Shown: positions 29,683 through 39,258 of the stretch, piece after piece
Layout of the letters: each line of letters starts with the position of its first letter
Numbering within the stretch: position 1 is the stretch's first letter
DNA from: Sulfitobacter sp.
GTDB lineage: Bacteria; Pseudomonadota; Alphaproteobacteria; Rhodobacterales; Rhodobacteraceae
Assembly (NCBI RefSeq): GCF_036961165.1
Contig: NZ_JBALVJ010000001.1
Location: 76,999-140,998, forward strand
Direction of reading: 5' to 3'
DNA length: 64,000 nt
The notes under the pieces: model-generated
The model's database searches: none
Seen by the model: only the letters and a program-made list of their open reading frames with translations
Told to the model about the DNA's origin: nothing
Program-made: the position numbers and the translations under genes

Positions 29683-30849
29683 ATGCCGATCAAGAATCGC
29701 TTCGCTGACATGCATGCAGAGATCACAGGATGGCGCAGGCATCTGCACCAATACCCTGAATTGCAATTCGACGTACACGAGACCGCCAAATTTGTTGAGG
29801 AAAAGCTGCGCAGTTTTGGCATCACCGACATCACAACTGGCATCGGTCGGACCGGTGTTGTCGCTGTGATCGAAGGGCGCAACACCGGATCCGGACGCGC
29901 CATTGGCTTGCGCGCGGACATGGACGCGCTGCCGATCGAAGAAGCCACAGGGCTGGAATACGCGTCAAAGATCCCGGGCAAAATGCACGCTTGCGGACAT
30001 GATGGCCACACCGCGATCCTGCTGGGTGCTGCGCAATATCTGGCCGAGACTCGCAATTTTGACGGTAAGGTTGTGCTGATCTTCCAGCCTGCCGAAGAGG
30101 GCGGCGGCGGCGGCCGCGAGATGTGCAAAGACGGTCTGATGGAGCGTTGGGGCATTGACGAGGTCTATGGGCTGCACAATATGCCAGGCGCAGATGTGGG
30201 CAGCTTTCATATTCGGTCAGGCGCGCTGCTGGCAGCCACAGACGACTTTGAAATCACCATCACAGGGCAGGGCGGCCACGCAGCGGCCCCGCATGAGGCG
30301 ATTGATCCCAATGTAGCGACGGCCCATATCGTGCTGGCGCTGCAATCCATCGCTAGCCGGAATGTGGACCCTCTCAAACAGGTTGTGGTTTCGGTTTGTA
30401 TGATGCGCTCTGACAGTGAAGCGTTCAACATCATCCCGCACCGCGTGCGCTTGGGCGGCACAGTTCGATCACTTGATGGCGGCGTGCGCGATCTGGCGCA
30501 AAAACGGCTAGAAGAAATTGTGGGCCTCACCGCGCGGGCACACGGATGTGTGGCTGAGATCAATTACGAGCGGGGCTATCCCGCCACGGTCAACCACACC
30601 GATCATACCGATTTCGCTGCCGATGCCGCCGAAGTCGTGACCCCCGGCGTGGACTGTGACACGCCCCCTATCATGGCGGGCGAGGATTTCTCGTACATGC
30701 TCGAAGAACGCCCCGGCGCGTATATCATGCTTGGCAACGGCGGGGGGGCCACGGTGCACCACCCCGAATACAACTTCAACGACGAGGCGATCCCTGCAGG
30801 CTGTTCGTGGTTTGCCGAGGTGGTAGAACGGCGCATGCCGCTGACGTGA
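29683..30849 (+). CDS. M20D amidohydrolase (hippurate hydrolase-like), copy 1
   Basis: Motifs LRADMDALP, MHACGHDGH, QPAEE, GEDF and HHP. Confidence 0.92.
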   Translation: MPIKNRFADMHAEITGWRRHLHQYPELQFDVHETAKFVEEKLRSFGITDITTGIGRTGVVAVIEGRNTGSGRAIGLRADMDALPIEEATGLEYASKIPGKMHACGHDGHTAILLGAAQYLAETRNFDGKVVLIFQPAEEGGGGGREMCKDGLMERWGIDEVYGLHNMPGADVGSFHIRSGALLAATDDFEITITGQGGHAAAPHEAIDPNVATAHIVLALQSIASRNVDPLKQVVVSVCMMRSDSEAFNIIPHRVRLGGTVRSLDGGVRDLAQKRLEEIVGLTARAHGCVAEINYERGYPATVNHTDHTDFAADAAEVVTPGVDCDTPPIMAGEDFSYMLEERPGAYIMLGNGGGATVHHPEYNFNDEAIPAGCSWFAEVVERRMPLT

Positions 30850-30926
30850 TGCCGCACCCTCTGGCGGCGGGGCCTACACTTGGCTAGGCTCCGCCCAAAC
30901 CCCTCATCACACAAAGGAATCCCCAC

Positions 30927-32090
30927 ATGCCCGTCAAGAATCGTTTCGCCGAATTGCACACAGACATCACCGCGTGGCGACGTGATCTGCACGAACACCC
31001 CGAAATCCTGTTCGAGACGCATCGGACTGCTTCAACCGTCGCTGAAAAGCTGCGCGCGTTTGGCTGTGACGAGGTCGTCGAGGGCATCGGGCGCACTGGT
31101 GTTGTCGGCGTGATCAAAGGGCGGGAGACTGCTTCGGGCAAAGTAGTTGGCTTGCGCGCGGATATGGACGCGCTGCCGATCCATGAGGAAACAGGGCTTG
31201 AGTATAGCTCAAAAACAGATGGCGCAATGCACGCCTGTGGCCACGACGGGCACACGGCGATGCTGCTTGGGGCAGCGCAATATCTGGCCGAGACTCGTAA
31301 CTTCGACGGCACGGCAGTGGTTATTTTTCAGCCCGCCGAAGAAGGTGGCGGCGGGGGCCGTGAGATGTGTAAAGACGGAATGATGGATCGCTGGGGGATT
31401 CAGGAAGTCTACGGTATGCACAACTGGCCCGGCATGGCGCCCGGCAGCTTTGCCATCCGCCCCGGTCCCTTCTTTGCCGCAACCGATTTGCTGGACGTCG
31501 AGATCGAGGGCTTGGGCGGCCACGCAGCCAAACCGAACGAGACTATTGACCCCATCGTCATCGCCTCTCAGATCGTGACCGCCTTGCAAAGCATCGTTAG
31601 CCGCAATGCTGATCCGGTAGGTAACATTGTTGTTTCGATCACTTCGTTCGAGACGTCATCGAACGCCTACAACGTGATCCCGCAGAAGGTGACCCTGAAA
31701 GGTACCGTACGCACCATGTCACTGGAACTGCGTGATCTGGCCGACAAGCGCGTGAACGAGATTTGTTCCGGCATTGCGACCGCCATGGGCGGCGTGGCAC
31801 GGGTGACGTATGAGCGTAACTATCCGGTGATGGTCAACCACGAAGAACAGACACTTTTTGCCGCAGACGTCGCGCGCAGCGTGGCAGGCGAGTGCGACGA
31901 AGCACCCTTGGTGATGGGCGGCGAAGACTTCGCATTCATGCTCGAAGAGCGGCCTGGTGCGTATATTCTTGTGGGCAATGGCGACACCGCAATGGTCCAC
32001 CATCCGCTATATAACTTTAACGATGACGTGATTCCGGCTGGCTGTAGCTGGTGGGCAGGGATCGTTGAGCAGCGGATGCCTGTGAACTGA
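30927..32090 (+). CDS. M20D amidohydrolase (hippurate hydrolase-like), copy 2
   Basis: Same motif set as copy 1; clearly paralogous (MPVKNRFA versus MPIKNRFA). Confidence 0.92.
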   Translation: MPVKNRFAELHTDITAWRRDLHEHPEILFETHRTASTVAEKLRAFGCDEVVEGIGRTGVVGVIKGRETASGKVVGLRADMDALPIHEETGLEYSSKTDGAMHACGHDGHTAMLLGAAQYLAETRNFDGTAVVIFQPAEEGGGGGREMCKDGMMDRWGIQEVYGMHNWPGMAPGSFAIRPGPFFAATDLLDVEIEGLGGHAAKPNETIDPIVIASQIVTALQSIVSRNADPVGNIVVSITSFETSSNAYNVIPQKVTLKGTVRTMSLELRDLADKRVNEICSGIATAMGGVARVTYERNYPVMVNHEEQTLFAADVARSVAGECDEAPLVMGGEDFAFMLEERPGAYILVGNGDTAMVHHPLYNFNDDVIPAGCSWWAGIVEQRMPVN

Positions 32091-32100
32091 AGAGGGATAG

Positions 32101-32125
32101 CAGGGGGGGCCGTGAAGCTCCCCTG
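32101..32125. terminator. Hairpin between convergent genes
   Basis: CAGGGGGG-loop-CTCCCCTG stem. Confidence 0.45.
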
Positions 32126-32150
32126 ATACTCTCCGGTCTGGGTTGGAGCG

Positions 32151-33191
32151 TTACGCCAGAAGGCGTCTGTAGATCGCGATCAGGCTCTGTGCTTCAGACT
32201 CGATTGAAAAGCTCTCTAGCACATGCGCGCGCGAGGCTGCGCGCCATGCGCTCAAACGCGCTTTGTCCGATAGGGCGGCGCCCGTAGCATTTGCGAGGGC
32301 CGGGATGTCATCTGCGTCTACCAATGTGCCTGTGACACCTTCCTGCACCAATTGTTCAAACGCGCCGACGCGGGTGGCAACGACGGGACAGCCTGTGGCC
32401 ATCGCTTCAATCGGGGTAAGTCCAAACCCTTCCCAGCGCTGCGGCGCGACATAAAGGTCCAGCGCAGCGTACCAGTCGGCCATCGCATCGGTGGGGACCT
32501 CTGGCTTGAACAGGAAGCGCTCTGCGAGGCCCGCATTTTTGACGTCCTGTTTAAGGTTTTTCAGGTAGGCTTCGTCTTCACCCACGGCGCGGCCCATGAC
32601 GATGGCGGTTGCATCAGGATGTTTTCCCAACACGTCAATCATCGCATGCACAAAAGCATCGGTGCCTTTTTGTGCGCGGATACGGCCATAGCACCCGATC
32701 AGCGGCCCTGTGGTGGGTAACCCCATGCGCGCGCGCAGCGCTATGCGGTCTTGCGAGGGGGCGAAAGTCTTTGTGTCGATGCCGTGCATGATGACTGTGG
32801 CGGGCACCTCAAGATAGGCGGCAGTTTTGTCAGAAGTTGCGACCACGGCATCCATGCACCGGATCAGCCACCGCGTTAGCCCTGATTGTTTGCGCTGGGA
32901 TGCAGAAGTGAACATCAACTTGAACCGTTTGCCCAACAGGTACTTCAACGCAAGCCCGCCAATCATCTCCACGTTGCGGCGCGCGTGCCAGACACGCAGG
33001 TGCTTGCGGGGCAGGGTAAGCAGCGACGACAGCGGGATTTGCGGCACATGGGCGGGCAGCACAGGGCCGACGGCCACAATGGCGATGTAGCGTGCCTGCA
33101 CAGGTACCAGACGCACCACCGTGGCCGTCACCCCTGAAAGGCGGCGTTTGAAATTGGGAGCAATCACGTCAATCGGGGTGCGTTTGGTCAT
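32151..33191 (-). CDS. lpcC: GT4 glycosyltransferase, LPS core mannosyltransferase LpcC-like
   Basis: N-terminus APNFKRRLSGVT, GT4 motif EGFGLTPIEAMA, adjacent to the Kdo transferase. Confidence 0.75.
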   Translation of the reverse strand: MTKRTPIDVIAPNFKRRLSGVTATVVRLVPVQARYIAIVAVGPVLPAHVPQIPLSSLLTLPRKHLRVWHARRNVEMIGGLALKYLLGKRFKLMFTSASQRKQSGLTRWLIRCMDAVVATSDKTAAYLEVPATVIMHGIDTKTFAPSQDRIALRARMGLPTTGPLIGCYGRIRAQKGTDAFVHAMIDVLGKHPDATAIVMGRAVGEDEAYLKNLKQDVKNAGLAERFLFKPEVPTDAMADWYAALDLYVAPQRWEGFGLTPIEAMATGCPVVATRVGAFEQLVQEGVTGTLVDADDIPALANATGAALSDKARLSAWRAASRAHVLESFSIESEAQSLIAIYRRLLA

Positions 33192-34465
33192 ACAAGCCTC
33201 AGTGCTTTGATCAGGCGGGCGGCGATTGTATCAAGCTTGCCAGTCTCTTCTTGCGCGAATTCCTTGGCGGCGGTCACGGCCTTGTCGCGGCTATGGCTGT
33301 CGCGCAGAAGGTTGTCGACTTTTACTGCTAGATCGTCGGCATCAGCCACCAGCCGCGCAGCACCGACGGCCTCCATCGCTGAATAGGTTTCGGCAAAGTT
33401 AAAGACATGGTTGCCCGACAGCACAGTGGCCCCCGATTGCGCGACCTCGAACGGATTGTGACCGCCAATAGGTAGAAGGGAGCCGCCCAGAAAGACGATC
33501 TCGCTCAGCGCGAACCAGTTTCCCAGCTCTCCCAATGTATCTGCCAGATAGACCTCGCCTGCTGGCATATCGCCTCGACTGCGGCAAGTGTACTCGATCC
33601 CCGCATCAGCGATGAGCTGCGCCACCTCTGTTCCGCGTTCTGGGTGTCGCGGGACAAGGATGAGCAGTAGATCGGGATGCGTCTCAAGCAGCTTTTTATG
33701 AGCGGTGAGGGCAATCTGCTCTTCGCCCGTATGGGTGGAGGCTGCAATCCACACGGGCCGGTGACCCAAAGCCGCGCGTGCGTCAAAAATCAGATCCTCA
33801 TCGCGCGGTAACGGCCCTGCAAAGGACTTGAGGTTTTGGCCGCGAGCTACCTTTGGGGCGGGGGCATGGATGCGCACCATTGCCTCTGCCATCGCATCGT
33901 TCTGGGTGAGGATGAGGTCAAACACCTCTAGCAGATAGGTGGCGAGACGCGGACGTTTGGCCCAAGCGCGCAGTGACTTTTCAGACAGGCGCGCGTTGAC
34001 CAGCGCCATTGCAGTCCCGCTCGCGTAGGTGCGGCGCAGCATCTGTGGCCACAGCTCGCTTTCTACAAAGATCGCGGCATCAGGGCGCCAATGACGCAAG
34101 AACCGTTTGAGCGGGCCGGGCGCGTCGAGCGGTGCAAATTGGTGCACACAGCGTGGCGGCATGCGTTGGGCAATCAGCGCGGCAGAAGTTGGCGTGCCGG
34201 AAGTGATCAGGAAATGAGCCTGAGGCAAGGCGACGCCCATGCGGGTTATCAAGGCCAGCACCGAAAGGCTTTCCCCGACAGAGGCTGCGTGAAACCAGAT
34301 CAGCGTACCATCTGCGCGGTTCTCTGTCGCTTGGCCCAAACGCTCATGTGCGCGGTGAACGGTCACATCGGCATTGCGCAGTTTTTTGATTGCCAGATGC
34401 GCGGCAAAAGGCACCAGAGCCATGCTCAGCACGACATAGACCCTGTAGAGCAGTGGCGTGCGCAT
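33188..34465 (-). CDS. waaA: 3-deoxy-D-manno-octulosonic acid (Kdo) transferase
   Basis: Motifs IWFHAASVGE, ESELWP, AASTH, LVPRHPER and GGHNPFE. Confidence 0.95.
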   Translation of the reverse strand: MRTPLLYRVYVVLSMALVPFAAHLAIKKLRNADVTVHRAHERLGQATENRADGTLIWFHAASVGESLSVLALITRMGVALPQAHFLITSGTPTSAALIAQRMPPRCVHQFAPLDAPGPLKRFLRHWRPDAAIFVESELWPQMLRRTYASGTAMALVNARLSEKSLRAWAKRPRLATYLLEVFDLILTQNDAMAEAMVRIHAPAPKVARGQNLKSFAGPLPRDEDLIFDARAALGHRPVWIAASTHTGEEQIALTAHKKLLETHPDLLLILVPRHPERGTEVAQLIADAGIEYTCRSRGDMPAGEVYLADTLGELGNWFALSEIVFLGGSLLPIGGHNPFEVAQSGATVLSGNHVFNFAETYSAMEAVGAARLVADADDLAVKVDNLLRDSHSRDKAVTAAKEFAQEETGKLDTIAARLIKALRLV

Positions 34466-34470
34466 GGGCC

Positions 34471-35478
34471 TCAGCCGCCTGTGTGGCTCATATGACGGGG
34501 CATCTGTCCGCCTGCGGTCTGGCGGGAATAGTCGAAATCATGGCCCTTGGGTTTGAGATTGATCGCCGCGCGAATGGCATCTTCGAGCGGGCCATTATCA
34601 CTCAGGTGTGCCCGCAGGGGCGCGCGCAGGTCGGCGCTGTCTTCTTGACCCAGACACAAGTAAATCTCACCGGTGCATGTCAGGCGCACACGGTTGCAGC
34701 TCTCGCAGAAATTGTGGCTCAACGGCGTGATGAACCCGATCTTCTGACCTGTCTCTTCAAGGCGCACATAGCGTGCAGGCCCGCCAGAATTTTCGGCCAA
34801 ATCAGTCACGGTGTAGTGTTCGGTATAGGCCGCCCGCACATCTTTGAGCGACCAGTACTGGTCAAGCCGGTCTTCGTTGCCGATGTCGCCCATCGGCATG
34901 ACTTCGATCCATGTAAGGTCCATGTCGCGCTCTGCGCACCATTTGGTGATCTGCGCCAGCTCGGGCTCGTTGAAACCTTTCAGAGCGACCGCATTTATCT
35001 TTACGCGTAGGCCCGCAGCCTGTGCAGCATCAATTCCGCGCAACACTTGGGGCAGGCGGCCCCAACGGGTCACCTCGGCAAACTTGCCTTCGTCCAATGT
35101 ATCCAGCGAAACGTTCACGCGGCGCACGCCAGCGGCGTAAAGGTCTTTTGCGTATTTTTCCAACTGGCTGCCATTGGTGGTCAGCGTCAGTTCTTTCAGG
35201 GTACCCGCATCCAGATGCCGTTTCATGCCGTCAAAGAAGGTCATGATGCCACGGCGAACCAGCGGCTCTCCGCCGGTGATGCGCAGCTTTTCAACGCCCA
35301 GACCGATAAAGGCCGAACACATCCGGTCCAGTTCTTCCAGCGTGAGCAATTCACGTTTGGGCAGGAACGTCATGTTCTCAGACATGCAATAAACGCAGCG
35401 GAAATCGCAGCGATCAGTGACCGATACGCGCAGATACGTGATGGCGCGGGCGAATGGATCTATAAGTGGGGCTGTCAT
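34471..35478 (-). CDS. moaA: GTP 3',8-cyclase (molybdenum cofactor biosynthesis)
   Basis: Radical-SAM motif CDFRCVYC, C-terminal cluster motif [11 protein letters not shown] and terminal GG. Confidence 0.97.
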   Translation of the reverse strand: MTAPLIDPFARAITYLRVSVTDRCDFRCVYCMSENMTFLPKRELLTLEELDRMCSAFIGLGVEKLRITGGEPLVRRGIMTFFDGMKRHLDAGTLKELTLTTNGSQLEKYAKDLYAAGVRRVNVSLDTLDEGKFAEVTRWGRLPQVLRGIDAAQAAGLRVKINAVALKGFNEPELAQITKWCAERDMDLTWIEVMPMGDIGNEDRLDQYWSLKDVRAAYTEHYTVTDLAENSGGPARYVRLEETGQKIGFITPLSHNFCESCNRVRLTCTGEIYLCLGQEDSADLRAPLRAHLSDNGPLEDAIRAAINLKPKGHDFDYSRQTAGGQMPRHMSHTGG

Positions 35479-35559
35479 AGGATAAGTGGTATAGGCCGAA
35501 AGAGGATGGGGCAAGCTTGATTTCAGGGGCTTGGAGCGACTGCAAAGCTGGATTAACGT

Positions 35560-36129
35560 ATGGCCATGAAATTATTTCCTATGCCCCCCGTCGCCTTTGC
35601 CGCTCTTTTCGCTCTCGGAGCCTGTACCCAATTTGGGATGGGCCAGCCGGAAGATACGGCTCCCCCTGTCACAACCGCGCCTTCGCCCGCAGGTGATGTC
35701 GTCGCTTCGGATATGTCCGAGGGTATGTCTGCTGAAATCGCTGGCGTGCCTGCGGATCCAGTGCTGACCTCGGCCCCGCCGCCGCCGCGCGCCGCCAATA
35801 CGCAAGCGACGCTGGATACAACCACCACCGCACAGCGTAAGCAGGCAGCGGCCCCCGCGGCACCTGATGCAGGCGCCAAATTTCTGGGCACAACAGTGGC
35901 AAGCTTGGGCAGCCCGACAGAACCGGGCTTCTGGATCAAAACGCCGCTGGTCAAAACTGAGACCAAGGGACGCGTGACGAACAAAGCGAATGGCAAATCT
36001 TCTGCAGTAACTCTGATCCCCATCGACGGCCCCGCCACGGGCGGCAGCCGCTTGTCACTGCCCGCGATGCGCCTGATTGACGCCTCGTTGACCGAGTTGA
36101 CAGAGCTTGAAGTCACGCTTGGTGGTTGA
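35560..36129 (+). CDS. Hypothetical lipoprotein
   Basis: Lipobox ALFALGA-C, Pro/Ala/Thr-rich linker and C-terminal domain LGTTVASLG...GFWIKTPLV. Confidence 0.75.
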   Translation: MAMKLFPMPPVAFAALFALGACTQFGMGQPEDTAPPVTTAPSPAGDVVASDMSEGMSAEIAGVPADPVLTSAPPPPRAANTQATLDTTTTAQRKQAAAPAAPDAGAKFLGTTVASLGSPTEPGFWIKTPLVKTETKGRVTNKANGKSSAVTLIPIDGPATGGSRLSLPAMRLIDASLTELTELEVTLGG

Positions 36130-36138
36130 ACACAGATG

Positions 36139-36178
36139 AAAAGAAGGGCGCAGGATTAACAATCCGCGCCCTTCTTTT
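36139..36178. terminator. Bidirectional Rho-independent terminator
   Basis: AAAAGAAGGGCGC-aGGATT-aac-AATCC-GCGCCCTTCTTTT between convergent genes. Confidence 0.85.
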
Positions 36179-36209
36179 GTCTTTTGATGAACCGGATGGC
36201 CGACAGCGT

Positions 36210-36887
36210 TCATTTCAGCAGCCGAAGCGCTTCTTTGCGGGCGAAGGGTTTAATCTGTGCGGCGTGTTGGTCCACGAAAGCACGCGTGCGCTCGGGATCA
36301 TGTTTGCTCAGGTCGCGCAGCCACCATGCAATGGCCTTTTGGACAAACCACTGGTGATCCGTCACATAGCGCGCCGCCCAGCCAAGGATGCGGTCGCGTG
36401 CCTCAAGTTCAGCGGGTTTTGGCGTGTTCTGTTTGGTCCACGGCAGAGTGATTACCAGTGCCGCCCGACGCGTCCACATGTGATCAGAGCGGGTCCAACT
36501 CTCAACCTCGTCGAGGCGTGACGGATCTGCCAGCAGACGCTTTTGCCCTGCCATGCAGGCATGATCTGCAATGGCCCAGCTGTCAAAATCGGGACACCAT
36601 GACACGATGAGTTGCCAAGCGGCCTCGTCGTCGGGCCGCAGGCGGGCCTGTGTCAGCAGCTTCGCCGCAGCTAGACGGGCTTCAAAGATATCGGTACGCC
36701 ACAGCGCATCAGCCAGCGCCACGCGGGTTGGCACGTCCAGTGCGCCGCGCCATTCTTTGGTCAAATCATTCAGCTGCGGGTTGGTCAGGCCCAGATAGAC
36801 ACGGTCGGTTTTGTGATAGGCATGCATGCCAATTGCGCGCTCCGGATCGGTCAGCGCGCGCAACTCGGCCAGATAGGGTTCATGCAT
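36210..36887 (-). CDS. DNA alkylation repair protein (AlkD-like HEAT repeat)
   Basis: Motifs FDSWAIADHAC, WTRRAALV and FVQKAIAWWLRDLSK. Confidence 0.8.
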   Translation of the reverse strand: MHEPYLAELRALTDPERAIGMHAYHKTDRVYLGLTNPQLNDLTKEWRGALDVPTRVALADALWRTDIFEARLAAAKLLTQARLRPDDEAAWQLIVSWCPDFDSWAIADHACMAGQKRLLADPSRLDEVESWTRSDHMWTRRAALVITLPWTKQNTPKPAELEARDRILGWAARYVTDHQWFVQKAIAWWLRDLSKHDPERTRAFVDQHAAQIKPFARKEALRLLK

Positions 36888-37437
36888 TGTCAGCCTCGGA
36901 AATTATGTGGGTGGGTAGTCCGTCGATTGTCGTGCGATTTCGTGTGTCCCAGTAGGTCGCGATCTCATCCACGCTCTTGTCCTCTGTCCATTTCGCCAGC
37001 ACGTCGCGCTCTCCTGCATAGTCAAAGAAGGGGACCGCATAGCCGCAGCTGGTTTGGAGTATTTCGACGGTCATGTCATAGATTTGCCGCGCGCCGTGGG
37101 AGGCTTCAAAATGCGCGTCTAGCGTTGCAAAATCCGCATCGCGCGGGTGCAGAGTGCGCGCAGAGCCATAGACGCGCATGATCATGGGCCGTTTTTCAAA
37201 CCCGCACCACATGAGTGTCATGCGGTTGACCTGTGCCAGATGCCCCGCCGTCTCATTGCCGGAGCCGGTTAAGTTACGCCAGATGATCCTGTTCGGTTCC
37301 AGCACCCGTAGGCTGTCCATCCCCTTGGGCGAGATATTTACACGGCCTTCAGCGGCGGCAGTGCCGCAAAAGAACATGCGCTGTGCTTCGATGAATTGAA
37401 GATGATCACCCTCTATCCGCTCGAATTGTTTGGCCAT
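36880..37437 (-). CDS. Pyridoxamine 5'-phosphate oxidase-like FMN-binding protein
   Basis: Motifs VNISPKG, LTGSGNET and QTSCGYAVP. Confidence 0.85.
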   Translation of the reverse strand: MAKQFERIEGDHLQFIEAQRMFFCGTAAAEGRVNISPKGMDSLRVLEPNRIIWRNLTGSGNETAGHLAQVNRMTLMWCGFEKRPMIMRVYGSARTLHPRDADFATLDAHFEASHGARQIYDMTVEILQTSCGYAVPFFDYAGERDVLAKWTEDKSVDEIATYWDTRNRTTIDGLPTHIISEADNA

Positions 37438-39257
37438 TACTCGACCGTGACCGACTTAGCCAAGTTGCGGGGCTGATCGACATCCGTGCCCTTGGCAACA
37501 GCCGTATGATAGGCAAGCAACTGGGCGGGGATGGCATAAAGGATCGGAGCGACCGCATCAGAGACATCAGGCATCTCGATTGTATCCCAGACCCCTGCAC
37601 TGGCCTCGTTCAACCCTTCGCGGTCAGAGATCAGGATCACCTTACCTTTGCGCGCCATAACTTCCTGCATGTTGCTGACCGTCTTGTCGAAGAGCGTGTC
37701 ACGCGGGGCAAGAACCACTACTGGGACATGTTCATCAATCAAAGCGATGGGCCCATGTTTCAGCTCACCTGAAGCATAAGCTTCGGCATGTATATAGCTG
37801 ATTTCTTTCAGTTTCAGGGCACCCTCATGGGCGAGCGGGTAGAGCGGTCCACGGCCAAGGAACAGCACGTCACGGGCGTTTGCCAGCTTGCGCGCTGTTT
37901 CGCGGATGGCATCGCTTTGGTCCAGTGCTTCGGCCATCAGGGCAGGCAGACGGCGAAGCTGTGCCAGATGATCCTGACGCTCTTCCTCGGTGATCACGCC
38001 GCGGTCTTTGGCGGCTTTGATCGCGAGCAGGAACAGAACGAGAAGCTGGCACGTGAACGCTTTGGTCGAAGCAACCCCGATTTCGACACCTGCGTGGATT
38101 GGCAGCGCCAGATCGCTTTCGCGTGCGATCGAGCTTTCCGATACGTTGACCACCGACATGATTTTGTCGGCCTTGCCTTCGCAATAGCGCAGGGCGGCCA
38201 GCGTGTCCGCGGTCTCGCCTGACTGGCTGACAAACAACGCAACAGAGCGGGCAGGGATCGGCGGCTCGCGGTAGCGGAATTCAGAGGCCACATCGACCTC
38301 GACCGGCAGGCGGGCAATCTGTTCGAACCAGTATTTGGCAGTCAGACAGGCCAGAAAGGCCGTGCCGCAGGCAACCATTGTAATGCGGTCAACGTTTGCA
38401 AAATCAATCTGCGGGTCGGGCATGCGGATCTCGCCTGACTTGCTCAGGTAGTGGGTAAGGGCCCCGGCAATAACGGTGGGCTGTTCTGCAATTTCTTTGG
38501 CCATAAAATGTTTGTGGCCGGCTTTGTCGATCCGGGTGGCGTTGATCTGGATCGTGCGTACTTCGCGGTTTACTGGCGCGCCCGCGGCGGTGAAGACTTG
38601 CGAGCCCGCACGGGTGATAAACGCGTAATCGCCTTCATCAAGGTAGCTGATGCGGTCGGTCATTGGTGACAAGGCAATCGCGTCCGAGCCGACAAACATC
38701 TCACCGTCGCCATAGCCAATCGCCAGCGGTGAGCCTTTGCGCGCGGCAACGATCAGATCATCCTCACCATCAAAAAGGAACGCCAGTGCAAAAGCGCCAT
38801 TCAATTTGCCCAGTGTCTTGACTGCAGCTTCGCGCGCGCTGAGCCCTTCGGACATGAAATGCTGTGCCAGCATGGCCACGGTTTCGGTATCGGTATCGGT
38901 GACAGGGGTGCAGCCGTAGGCTGCAAGCTCTACGCGCAGTTCGCGGAAGTTCTCAATGATGCCGTTATGAACGACAGCGACAGGGCCTACACGGTGGGGG
39001 TGAGCGTTGCCGACATTAGGCTCCCCATGCGTGGCCCAGCGGGTGTGGCCGATCCCTGATTTGCCTGCCAGCGGCTCATGCACCAGCAGATCGCCCAGAT
39101 TAACCAGCTTGCCCACAGCGCGGCGGCGGTCGAGAATACCATTATTTACGGTGGCAATACCCGCGCTATCATAGCCGCGGTATTCAAGACGCTTGAGCGC
39201 TTCGACCAGAATTGGGGCTGCTTCATGCTTGCCCAATACCCCTACAATTCCACACAT
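37437..39257 (-). CDS. glmS: Glutamine-fructose-6-phosphate aminotransferase
   Basis: Motifs MCGIVG, EYRGYDSAG, GHTRWATHG, SQSGET and QPRNLAKSVTVE. Confidence 0.98.
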   Translation of the reverse strand: MCGIVGVLGKHEAAPILVEALKRLEYRGYDSAGIATVNNGILDRRRAVGKLVNLGDLLVHEPLAGKSGIGHTRWATHGEPNVGNAHPHRVGPVAVVHNGIIENFRELRVELAAYGCTPVTDTDTETVAMLAQHFMSEGLSAREAAVKTLGKLNGAFALAFLFDGEDDLIVAARKGSPLAIGYGDGEMFVGSDAIALSPMTDRISYLDEGDYAFITRAGSQVFTAAGAPVNREVRTIQINATRIDKAGHKHFMAKEIAEQPTVIAGALTHYLSKSGEIRMPDPQIDFANVDRITMVACGTAFLACLTAKYWFEQIARLPVEVDVASEFRYREPPIPARSVALFVSQSGETADTLAALRYCEGKADKIMSVVNVSESSIARESDLALPIHAGVEIGVASTKAFTCQLLVLFLLAIKAAKDRGVITEEERQDHLAQLRRLPALMAEALDQSDAIRETARKLANARDVLFLGRGPLYPLAHEGALKLKEISYIHAEAYASGELKHGPIALIDEHVPVVVLAPRDTLFDKTVSNMQEVMARKGKVILISDREGLNEASAGVWDTIEMPDVSDAVAPILYAIPAQLLAYHTAVAKGTDVDQPRNLAKSVTVE

Positions 39258-39258
39258 A

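Noticed and set aside
36210-36887. AlkD-like gene as part of an anti-phage or antibiotic self-resistance island
   Set aside because: No defence, mobile-element or biosynthetic genes nearby; it sits in a housekeeping operon.
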